A stretch of 26,407 nucleotides of DNA from Acanthaster planci (Eukaryota). Of the stretch, positions 1 to 10,123 are shown one piece after another. Both the position numbers and the translations under genes were made by a program. The notes under the pieces are model-generated. The model was not told the DNA's origin and did no database searches. It saw only the letters and a program-made list of their open reading frames with translations. The number at the start of each line of letters is the position of its first letter. Positions within the stretch are counted from its first letter, which is position 1. The DNA lies in NCBI RefSeq assembly GCF_001949145.1, contig NW_019091355.1, forward strand, positions 4,012,646 to 4,039,052. Reading direction: 5' to 3'.

Positions 1-5
1 AACAG

Positions 6-601
6 ACGAAGATTTCGAGACGGTACGACAGCGGGTGGAAGCGGCCAAGTACGGCGACCCTGTGCTGGACATCCACAGCACCGACGTGTTCCGTGCCGCC
101 GCTGTGGGCTTCGGCTCGCTTGGGGTCATCTACTCCGTCACTCTGACCTGCGTCCCAGTGTACAACATCCGCGAGACGAGACACTATGTCGAGATGGAGT
201 GGCCGGAGTCGACTGCCGAGTCCAGGCCGGTCACCCAGGCTCCAAGCAGAGCTTGTAGCAGGAGCAGTTTGTCAGCCGAGCTGCCGTCCAGCGACACGGA
301 CTCAGCATCCGGAGAATCGATACCGACGACCTCCGGTACCTGTCAAGACCAGAAATCGGTTTTCAGGATACCAGAGACGATGAAGAGCATGTCCGCCGGC
401 CAGGGGAAGTACTTCTCGTTCTTCGTCAACCCGTTCCCGCGACGGAGTCGCGGGGACCCGCAGAGGACCGTGTTGAAGAGTGTCTACTTGTCGGGAGAGA
501 GGACGGATGCGACGGGGAGCTGTCAATGCGACTGCTGCCTGAACTTTCAATGCTGCGCCTGCACAGGGTGTAGAGGACAGAGTGCGTGCCAGATCGTTCA
601 G
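6..601 (+). CDS. GULO/ALO-family FAD-linked aldonolactone oxidoreductase, internal coding exon (end of FAD-binding domain, Ser-rich linker, start of ALO domain); the gene's 5' part lies upstream of the window
   Basis: Frame open from base 2. VFRAAAVGFGSLGVIYSVTLTCVPVYNIRE matches the GULO-type FAD-domain end (recalled vertebrate GULO: [28 protein letters not shown]). Strong donor CAG|GTAAGT at 601/602 (phase 0). The 5' boundary is a guess from CAG at 3-5. Confidence 0.85.
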
Positions 602-732
602 GTAAGTCGAATGCCATGGATTAGTTGAATCTGTCTTTCGATAAAATATGCACTGAGATGACACCTAGAAGTATAGGGCGGAGCACGGGAAATGAGAGAA
701 GAAAAATTAATTTTATTTGTTTTTCCTTGCAG

Positions 733-887
733 ACAGATTGTTCAGCCTCGTGCCTGCAGCTTGGAGCGCATTGTCTGCCGTCTTTCATCCCGTGGTTCGC
801 CGACTGTGGCCTACACCAGTTCGCTCGAGACGCTCCCTACATCCAGAAGTGGTACAACGTACTCACCTTCACCAATGGGAACTTACA
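733..887 (+). CDS. GULO/ALO-like oxidoreductase, internal exon (TDCSASC...FTNGNL)
   Basis: Polypyrimidine acceptor ttttccttgcAG at 721-732, in phase 0 with the previous exon. Donor CA|GTAAGT at 887/888 (phase 2). Confidence 0.85.
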
Positions 888-1296
888 GTAAGTTGGGAAC
901 ATGTAAGAAATGAAAAGCCGTGAGCTGCCTTGCACCCTTCTCAACCTGACACAATGCAACACCAAGGAGGCCTTGCAAGCCTGATGAAAAATACGGGATT
1001 TATCGGTTCCCCAAGCAACCTCACCTCACAGCAAATTTTGTTGGACCGGCATTTCAAAAAATATTACTTTCATTACAACAAGAAAGTGTCTGTCATTAGT
1101 TACGCAAATGTTGAACTTGATGGTAGATTTGAGATAATGTTAGACTTAGGTTTGTGGTCTGAGTGATTTCTCGAACCATTTTTTAAAAGAATGTTTGACT
1201 GTAAAACCAAGAAGAAATTAAGTGTAAGTTGAGCAAAGTTCGTGCAAGGAAGTCTTGAAGTATGCTAGACCCGAACTCTTTATGCTTCGTTTACAG

Positions 1297-1510
1297 CATT
1301 AAGACGGCGGAGTATTGCATTCCCTTGGAAGACCTGGACGCGGCCCTGGCTGACATCATCAAGGTGCTGCAGGACTACGGCAAACTCTACCAGACCTACA
1401 CGCTGCTGCCCATCTACGTCCGAATGGTCAAAGCGGACGACCTGTACATGAGCCCCGCCAATCGGCACACTGCGGACGGCGGCCTCTGTGATAGATATTG
1501 CTACATCGAG
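1297..1510 (+). CDS. GULO/ALO-like oxidoreductase, internal exon (ALO catalytic region: IKTAEYCIP...PIYVRMVKADDLYMSPA...CYIE)
   Basis: Acceptor gtttacAG at 1289-1296 completes the split CA|C His codon (phase 2 matches). EYCIP and PIxVR..xDDxxxSP are ALO-domain motifs. Donor GAG|GTAATT at 1510/1511 (phase 0). Confidence 0.9.
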
Positions 1511-2882
1511 GTAATTAATTACAAAATAATGGGTGCCAAATGAACAGGATTTCTTCCACCTGTCTACATGGGGCAGATAACACAGTTTCTTTCTTTCTCA
1601 AGGGTGTGGTCGACGGTGCCTGCCTCGCTGAAAATACATGTTCACGCACTTCGCAGAAACTAAATTCCCGCCAGTTTCGAAGTGGTATGCGCCAGAAAAT
1701 TGTTGAATAGTAATCAATAAAATTTTGACGGCACAACACACCAAGTCACCATGTTCTGTCGCATCAGGTTTGGGCAATTATGTGTATGGCCAGGGATGCG
1801 GTCAGGCGGATGCATACGTCGTAATTACTGAGAATAAGAAACGTGTAGCAGCCTATTAATCCTTACTTCACCGTTGTGTTGCATTGTTCAGGTTTGAACT
1901 TGAAAACAGAAACTCCACTGTGAAAAATGACACACCCTCAAATATGTACTTCGTAAATCTTTCAAAACCAAGAGTTTTCATGGGGATTTTCGGCATGTAC
2001 GGCTTAGCACAACAGAGTCAACACTGTAGTTTAGAGACGTCATAATTCTTCCTCGGAATCGTACGCATGTGTATTTTTTTCCACTTCTCGTCTGACACTT
2101 CTAGGACATCAAAATTTAAGAGTTTTTGCTGTTTGCACTTTTACAAGTCCCGGCGTGCCTGCCCGGCATTGTTCTTACGGTCCCCAGAGAATTCAGGCAG
2201 AATTGTTTTTTTTTTCTTGACGAAACCAGAGTTGTGGTGCTGGGCCAAAGTCTGGGTGTATCGCGGCCCTGCAAATGAAGACGTGGAAAATTAAGGAAGA
2301 CACCCGGTTGGGGGCGATTTGGCTCAATTAGGCGCTCGGATTGATCAGCTGGCTAAGAGATGCCCGTGTTATTGTCGCAGTGTTTTCCCCTCCAGTTCTC
2401 TCCAGTGATTCAATTTGGTGTGCGGAGGGCTGTAGGGTGAAGGGTTCGGCTGGGCTAAACGGAGAGGCGTCGATTCAGCTCGGGGTTCGTTTAAGGCTTA
2501 ATGCGCCCGCTGATGGGATCTGTCAGCACGAGTTAACTTTGGAGTTGTCGCCTAATTTGACAATAAGTGACTGTGGAATGTCAGACGGAAAAATGGGAAT
2601 AATTGTTATTTTTGCCGAGTTCTGTTCCCGTGTTTTAAGGACGTTGAAAAAAGCAGTCAGATGGACTGTGGGACTTTGTGGATTTTCTACAAGTGCCACT
2701 TGTCGCATGTTTTGTTATCAGCTGTCAGCACAGACATGACAAGATATTGCACAAAGGACCCACCAACCATGCAACAAGGGACGAAAGTTTGGTCTCTTCT
2801 AGTGCACCATTTCCATGTTAAACCATTGTAGTGGAACTGAGTGTGTGGCATCAGAAGTACCAACAATTCAATCAGAAGAAGT

Positions 2883-3032
2883 TGGTCTCTAACCTTAAAT
2901 ACACCTGTGTGCAAAGAGTTTGAGGTTTGGTACATTTGCTTCCAGAGAAAATTGAGATTGTTTGAAGAGGTCACAAAGGAAATGTCAAGCAAAGTTTTTA
3001 CCGGGTACCAGTTAAGCTGTAAATGTAATAAC
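2883..3032 (+). pseudogene. Possible decayed Myb/SANT-like (trihelix) domain fragment, probably transposon-derived, inside intron 3 of the oxidoreductase
   Basis: WSLTLNTPVCKEFEVWYICFQRKLRLFEEVTKEMSSKVFTGYQLSCKCNN resembles the trihelix pattern W....KE....F...KxxxWEEIxKEMxxKGYxxTxxQCxxKWxN. Judged by eye only. Confidence 0.35.
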
Positions 3033-4309
3033 AAAACAAAACTGATTGTGTTTAGGCCTACGCAGGTAATTTTCCTACTTGACTATTTACCGGTCAAGGT
3101 GAAACTTCAGATTTGCCTCAGGGTTGTTGGCCACATGGGTTTACAGTGCAGCCGGCGTTTGACGTAATATTTCATGCCGTTCCCAACTTACGTTTTGTGA
3201 GAATTTGTTGATGATGTTAAATTACATACAAAATATGAAAAACCCATAATTACTGTGTACGTAAAACTAGCGATAATGGTCAGTGACTTGGCTGCACTGC
3301 GTTGATGTGTAATGCTGGCATTACTGGCTGGCAGTGCAAATCTGACCCATGTTGGAGTGGGTGACACAGTAAGAACGGGGTCAATGGTGCACCTGCAGCG
3401 GGCTTGGTTAAACCAAACAGGCGCAAGTGCATTGCACTACGGTGGACAAATAATACACTTCACATCACCGGCCGCTACTGGGACAACACCACGGCCGTCT
3501 GATAATAATGAACACGGCATCTCACCGCTCTCAGACTGAGAAATACTCGAGAATGACACGGTTTCTGCCCGCCCCTGTCTCGCCGGCGGGCCCTCCGCGC
3601 GCTTGCTTCCGTCCCCAACTGGCCGGAGTTTGTTTCCACCAATTACGGCGGGGGACCCCGCGCGGCCGGTTTTGGTGCGGTGGAGGGGAACCGAAAAAGC
3701 AGCGTTGGGCACGTTCGCCAGCCGGGGCGCACGGGGCGCGGCTCGCGGCGACATCTCGCTCCGTGGTGGCCACGACCCCGCGCCTGACATCTTGACCCCG
3801 TGATGGTGGTATCATCCAACACCGAGAAAAGGACAAAAAAGCCATCGTTGAATTTCTTGCGTGCGATGGCCCGCTGGTCGTACAGATACACTTTTTTGGG
3901 GGGCAAAAAATAAATAAATAAATAAAAAAATCCCTTCGCTAGGCTGCCACGGAGCGCTTTTTCCTTAGTGTTGCGTCCCAGAAAAGTTCCCCAGTGACTA
4001 CGCTCACGTCGATTCTTCACACGCTCAAGCAATAATTTCAACCAAATCGAGGTGGCAATACTTTTAACCCGGCCTTGCGAAACTTCGAAGTTGAAAAAAG
4101 AAGGCTATAAAATGAAAGCAATATATTTGCAGGTGTGAAACAATAAATTACGACGGCTTAGATTAATGCAGAACAGTGCAACCTTTGATATTGGAGCGCG
4201 CCTTCAGAGAGCGCCCTCTGTCGCAGAATTCAGACAAGGGTTGCCGAGACGGCATATGCATCGCCCGGCCTGAAATTAATGGCAATCTTATGATTTCTGA
4301 TTTTTGTAT

Positions 4310-4324
4310 TGTGTGTGTGTGTGT
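4310..4324 (+). repeat. (TG)7 microsatellite next to the 3' splice site of the terminal exon
   Basis: tgtgtgtgtgtgtgt directly before atgcAG. Confidence 0.9.
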
Positions 4325-4330
4325 ATGCAG

Positions 4331-4900
4331 GTACCGTTCTTGCCGGGCGCCTACGGCATTGACGAGTTTCACAAGAAACTGGAAGATTTCTTGTTCACGA
4401 AGTATCGGGCGAGGCCCCACTGGAGTAAGAACAACTTCCTAAGTTACAACCGGGTGGAGAGACTTTACCCCCACCTGGACAGGTGGAGGCGTGTCTATAC
4501 GCTCTTCAATCGCGACGGCACCTTCGACAACGAGTTCACCCGGAAGTGCGGCTTCGACGACTTCCACCTACTCGAGGGGGCGGAGGACAAGTTGAGGGAG
4601 AAGGGGGCAGAGTGGAGTCGGAGGTCGGACGGCGAGGAGAGGAGCAGGTCGTTGGAACGCGGCTCGCCGACGCACGATCGACCAATCGCGGCACCCGCTC
4701 AGAAGGACTCTGGACTAGGCTGCCGTTGCTCTTCTGGAGGGGGTGAGAGCACCCTCGCGCCTGACGTGATCGTCACGCAGCCGGGGCCGTCGTCTTCGTC
4801 ATCAAGCCACAGTCGGCTGCTGGATGCCAGTGAATTCACTTTGGAAGGGACAGACGTCGCTCCCAGATCCCAGCCATCTGAGGGTGACGTCAGCCGGTAA
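4331..4900 (+). CDS. GULO/ALO-like oxidoreductase, terminal coding exon (RPHWSK motif, LYP..DRWRRV...NRDGTF.NEF, then ~110-aa low-complexity tail)
   Basis: Acceptor tgcAG at 4326-4330, phase 0. RPHWSK at 4412-4429 corresponds to the family's C-terminal HWxK motif. Stop TAA at 4898-4900. Confidence 0.9.
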   Translation, partial: VPFLPGAYGIDEFHKKLEDFLFTKYRARPHWSKNNFLSYNRVERLYPHLDRWRRVYTLFNRDGTFDNEFTRKCGFDDFHLLEGAEDKLREKGAEWSRRSDGEERSRSLERGSPTHDRPIAAPAQKDSGLGCRCSSGGGESTLAPDVIVTQPGPSSSSSSHSRLLDASEFTLEGTDVAPRSQPSEGDVSR

Positions 4901-6162
4901 CAAGAGGTGCGTTGTTGCCGACGGTACGGGCCCGCAGGAGGCCGGGATGGCCGGCTGGGCCACAACGTTTCAAAAGTATGTCATGATCTGATTAAGCCGC
5001 GGGGAACACTGGGTGACTTTTATGTTTCTGTCGGGACGATAGAAGTGCATTTCAGTCAGAAACTGAAGGTCATTGGTGAGATAATTGAACAAAACCATGC
5101 AAGAGAGCTGTCTGTGTAGCGCCTGGCCCTCAGTGGGACCTTCTGAACATTCTGCACAAGAGTGTATCGCTCTCTAAGTGCCGATGACTTGATTGTACCT
5201 GAGGGAAAGTTCAGAAAGCGCATTTTTACACAACAAATCATTCGTACCCGACCACTCTGATTCGTTTCTGATCACTTCACCATTTTTTTCTTCACCCGGC
5301 TGTCAAGAGCATACTTCCGAAAGTTGTACGAAGTGAACCGTTCTTTCACGCTGTGTAAAGTATTTGTGCGGCTAATCATTACCTCCGTTCCGATGCTTGG
5401 GCACACATGTTAGCAATCCGGCTCGGCCCAGATCACACTTTGGTCTCATTAATCATTCCGAAAACTGGGTGAATGTTACCCGTCATGAGATGATGGTTTT
5501 TACTGAGCCATTAGGCGCGTTTCCCCGCATATTAATTGGCATATTAATCACCACAGGTGCAGAAAGTTAAACTTATTTCTTATCCACCCACACTGTCTGG
5601 GCGCACCGCCAACCTCGCACGAGTGATCGTAGGCTAACACCGTCCAGAACAGAGATCCAAATTGTTTGTTGTGTGTTCAAGTCAACCGCTATTGGTAATT
5701 AACATCATTTTTTGTGGCGATACGTCTGCAGCCGGTCCGGGTTACCCAAACAATTCCTCTGTGTCCCACCTGACCCTCCCCGTAATCGTGATACGGGTCT
5801 TGAAGGAGCGGCCCGAGGTGGCAATATTGGGTCTCGTCAGACCGCCGCTCCTGACCTTAAACCGACGGGGAGCGGGCCGGCTTCGCACCGCTTCTTCGAG
5901 GAGTCTCCTCTGACAGACCCGCAGTGGATTCCCTGGTCCTGTTAGTTTTGCTCAATACGAGGTGCAGTCTGTCATCGCTTGATGCAAATGCATGTACATC
6001 TACGTGGCAGTCTAGTTGGGACGCTGTCTCGCCCCGGTGTTTTCTCCCCCGTCGTGATTTCAGTTTTGTGGTTGGGCTAGCCCGTTGAAAGATTTTGCCG
6101 CCTTTAACCATCGGCGTTTTTGCATGTCTGCAGTCGTGACTTCGTTTCGTTTTTGCTCTTAA

Positions 6163-6281
6163 GGCCGCATCCGAATCTCTTGTCTAGAGCTGGGTCTAGG
6201 TCTTCGCTCCATTGGAAATGCGTGGAGACGCGTAGACGATAGACCTAGCCGTAGCTCTGGAAGCCGGTTTCTGACACGGCC
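6163..6281. mobile_element. MITE family A, copy 1 (119 bp; PIF/Harbinger-like)
   Basis: Imperfect TIRs ggccgcatccgaa / ttctgacacggcc, internal IR gtctaggtct...agacctag, flanks taa/tca (TWA-like), and a second copy at 9768. Confidence 0.75.
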
Positions 6282-6475
6282 TCAGTTATCTTGGGATGAC
6301 AGAGAAAGGACACAAACCAAAAGTTTGTTCAATGGAGAAATTTATAGAATTGAAAAAAATTGTATTAGACATCTGAAGTTTATCGATAAGTGCAAATTGA
6401 ATTAGAATTTACTCAATATTACGTCATCCTAAACTGATCCACACCCACCGCCCACAAATCGATCTTTGTTTTGTC

Positions 6476-6481
6476 AATAAA
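6476..6481 (+). promoter_or_regulatory. Candidate polyadenylation signal for the oxidoreductase gene (alternative: AGTAAA at 7136-7141 after an AU-rich block)
   Basis: AATAAA downstream of the stop codon. 6840-7140 is AT-rich with ATTTA motifs, typical of a distal 3'UTR. Confidence 0.35.
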
Positions 6482-9135
6482 TCGATCACCATTTTGTGTT
6501 TCCAAAAAGTAATCACTCTCAAGCTGTACTCAGTTAATTGAACACAATTTGCTACCAGTTTAGAAAGTAAACATCACATGTCCAGTTTTCCTAAACGCCG
6601 ATGTACAATAGCATCCATCGATGTTTTAAACAAGTTCAATGTTTAAACATGTTTAACAAGCTGATATCAAGAAAACGTGGTTTCATTGTTGTAACTTTGA
6701 CAGCATTTTGTACCGCGAGTCTGCGTTCATTTCCAGTGCACTCGTTCAACAGAGTTCATTACCTAATGTGCTAGTACTGTAACGCTCTATCGTAAGAAAA
6801 CTGAAATCGCCCCAAGGATGTTGTGGAAAGTTTTTAGCTATGATTTTATTGCAATATATTTATATTTTATGTACACTAAGATTTTTCTAATGAAAAGCAC
6901 GTACGCAGTAGTATTCGTTCTGCTTCGTAGTATGAAAGAACGCCTCGAAGGCGAGACTATTTAAAACTCGATGTCTGTCGTTTCAAGTCCCTTTTTGTCA
7001 TTTTATATATCATATTATCTTTCAGTACATGTATTTATAGCAATTTAAGTCATGAATGTCATTATCATCTTCGTAATTATGTAACTTTGTAATTTATTTT
7101 GAATTCAAGGCTTGTATATTATATCTCATTTTTTCAGTAAATGGTAAGGAGGCCACGAAACTTGAAAAAAAAAACCTTTTGTGATTTCCTGTCGGTCTGT
7201 CAGTTGGTGTGACTATTGTCTACCTGTAAGTGATGCTTGAGCCATTGATTAATTCGAAAGGGCCTGGGCCAACGGCCCTGTTAGTTCTCCTCGTCCTTTT
7301 TTCGGTCAAGCTTGTTTGTTTAAGGGCATGGTCACTGTTTTGGAATACCGAGGCCAAACAGAACTTATTGGGTTTATTTTCAGCGACGTAATGACTGGTT
7401 TGGGAAATGCCTGTCGCCAACGTGATCAATCATGACCGCATAATTTGGGCATCACACACTGGTGAGTATTGTTTCTGGGCATGTTCTGATTTCCTTCCTG
7501 CGGAGTGAAGCAAAGTGAGAAATTTACGATGTTGGGGAGCCTCGTAAAGGTGTCGTTTTGACCCAAATTCGTGCTCTATAATAACAAGCAGCTTGAAGCC
7601 GTTTGATTGTCGTGACTCGTGACAAATCAAGGTTGGCTCAATTTTTGTATTAAATTTTTATTAAACCTTCGAAAGGATTCAAGGTTCCCATTAAAAACAT
7701 TCCTCAGCCTCTCACAGTACTGCTGTTCGAAATTTTCTGTGCATGTAGATAGACACGTGTTTCGTTGTTTTCCGGCAATTGGCAGCAACAGAATTGCTCA
7801 GAGTTAGGACAAATTATATAGAGAGAAACAGAGACACAAAAGTCCAGGAATCTCCCAGCAAGATCACTGCAAGGACCTATCACTGTAATGCAAAGAGGTT
7901 AAATTAACAAATACATAATGTCGCTGTGTGAATTTAGCTGTAATTACTAGTACAAACCCCAGCCCCACAGAATGTGTTAACAGTTTCAATATTCTTCTTC
8001 TTGAGTGACTACAACAAAGAAAGCGCTTCCTGTTTGCCTTTTGCGTTGGGGAAACTCATACATGCAGTTCCGGTTGGACCGTTTCGATTGCGGATGATGA
8101 AAGTTTGCCTGCGGTTTCTCCATCACCGCTGACTATTTTTAATCGCATAAACATTATGCTATCGTCGAAATCCCTTGTGTAATTTATTTGCTCTGAGAAT
8201 GCTTGCGGTTTCGGGTCTGAACATGTCGCTTTATTGGGGTGTTGGGGCTCACCTTTTGCTTTAAAATGGATAAATAGTTGTCGATGATGTGATGACAAGG
8301 TGGCGGCAGGGTCTGCGGCTCGCCCGCTCGGCAAGGCCGGAGGGACTATTCCTCCAACTTCCGACCAACAGCGACCTAGAAAAAAAGATCCGGCGATGTC
8401 AGGGTGACAATTAACTCGACTTCTCAACCACAATTATGCCTGCAATTACAAGGTGGCGGGATTTGGCACAATGGTGTTGAAGAATTTACGAGTTGATTTA
8501 AACTTTAGCACTCATTAGAGGGAACTAGTTTAATTGAGCAAGAATTATAGGTTTGGTTCAATCTCTAATATCGTGTGGGGGGGCCTTCTGGCTGACTGTT
8601 ATGTTCTGTAGATTGCACCTTCCCTTATAATTGATAATGGAATGAAGGAAAAGCCCTACGATTAATTTCATAAAGAACCACGCATGCTTGTTTTGTTTCG
8701 TTTGTTTTTAAGACTTCACTGGCCAGGTTAGGTCGCCTCAAATAGATTAAAGTTTAGTTAAAGTCTTGAGTATGCAAGCGCTGCCTCGGTCCTGATTCAG
8801 CGTGGTGATAGTGTTCATAGGCCGACTCCCAAATGACAGTAGAATTAATTTATAAGACGGTCGACCCAGTTCTGTGGGTCGAGTTTCAGCCTCGTTATGA
8901 ACGAATGCTCAAATTATCCTCGGAGGACATACTGAAGTGGTTTCCCGTGGTTTTTTGGGTTTTTTTTTTGGGGGGGGGGGGTTTGCAACTTGATTGATGA
9001 CATTGTGTCGTGCCCTCACAGTGGTTTCAACTTTGAGCGTGTATTACGTGTTAATCATGCGCTCATTAGGCCAAAAAGGAATGAGCGAATCCAAGTCACA
9101 TGATCACTGAACATCATAAAGGCCTCTCATTATGA

Positions 9136-9685
9136 GCCTCGAGCTTGACTCAAGAGAGGGCGCAAGTTTCTTAGCAACGGAGGTTCCTTTGGTTGGAAGT
9201 GAATTTTGCTGGTTCATGAATGACTATACAAAATTACACGCGTTTTGGTCGCATCGCTGAGTTCGGGCGGCTTGTTCTCGCATGTTCACGAACAGCTCGA
9301 TTTGTTGATCGTGGCTGGGCCGCTCGAACACCAGCAACGTACAACCGGTTATCGGTAGTTAGTGGCAAGCAAAATGCAACATGGCGGCGTCCTTGTATGT
9401 TCTTCGAGAGTTAATGTTTGGCTAACTGGTCAAATTATTTTCCATTTAATTTAACCCACCATAGTCTGTCTTATGGAAAAATAATTAGTTTTTAAAACTT
9501 TCACTTTTCTCTAGTTTTAAAGGCCATCTCACGAGTTTTTCCGTGCGTTCCTGTACAACAACCCTGACGAGGAGGCGTGAACAAGAAACTCATGTCAAGA
9601 GCAGGCCGCCCGATCTCGCCCAATGAACACTCCCAACCAACATGGCTCCTTTCAACCGATGGGGGGGGGAGCTTTTGCTCGAGGC
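9136..9685 (+). mobile_element. MITE family C, long copy (550 bp) with GCCTCGAGC termini
   Basis: Starts gcctcgagc and ends gctcgaggc. Its first ~90 bp and last ~60 bp align with 13670-13845. Confidence 0.7.
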
Positions 9686-9767
9686 GGCAGAACCGTGACC
9701 ATTTAAAAAACACTTCCACCATTAATTTCGACCTTCTTCAATAAGCAGTGCAAGTTTGACGAATTTG

Positions 9768-9871
9768 GGCTGCATCCGAATCTGTTGTCAAGAGCTAGGT
9801 CTAGGTCTCCCCTCCATTGGAAATGTGCGGAGACGCGTAGACAATAGACCTAGCCGTGACTCTGGAAGGCC
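9768..9871. mobile_element. MITE family A, copy 2 (deletion within the right TIR)
   Basis: Colinear with 6163-6263 (catccgaatct...ctccattggaaatg...ggagacgcgtagac.atagacctagccgt..ctctggaag); ends ggcc followed by tta. Confidence 0.75.
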
Positions 9872-10123
9872 TTAGTCTGGAATGTGTGGTCTTCGCGTAC
9901 ACGCCGAATGCGTGCAAGAACCCAGTTGGAATTCGCCGGTGAGGGTGCACTCACTCAGATTCGTAGACAGGCGGTGTGCGCGCCTTACATGGCTTTTCCA
10001 CCAATAAGGTGCCGCGATTTGGAAAAAGCACGCGCGCGTCAAGCTGAAGAATGTGCGTGTGAGTGCCGCTTTGCCACCGCAGTTATGGCGTCCAGTCGGA
10101 TTAGTCTGTCCACCACGTACAAT

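Noticed and set aside
35..628. Stand-alone 197-aa protein
   Set aside because: The start is GTG within an open frame and the end runs past a consensus donor; it is an internal exon.
3437..4041. Overlapping Arg/Pro/Gly-rich ORFs on both strands
   Set aside because: By-product of high GC content; no domain similarity or splice support.
8861..8882. Hairpin tcgaccca-gttctg-tgggtcga (also tgccga-ttt-tcggca at 16154-16168)
   Set aside because: Isolated short stems are expected by chance in 26 kb; no supporting context.
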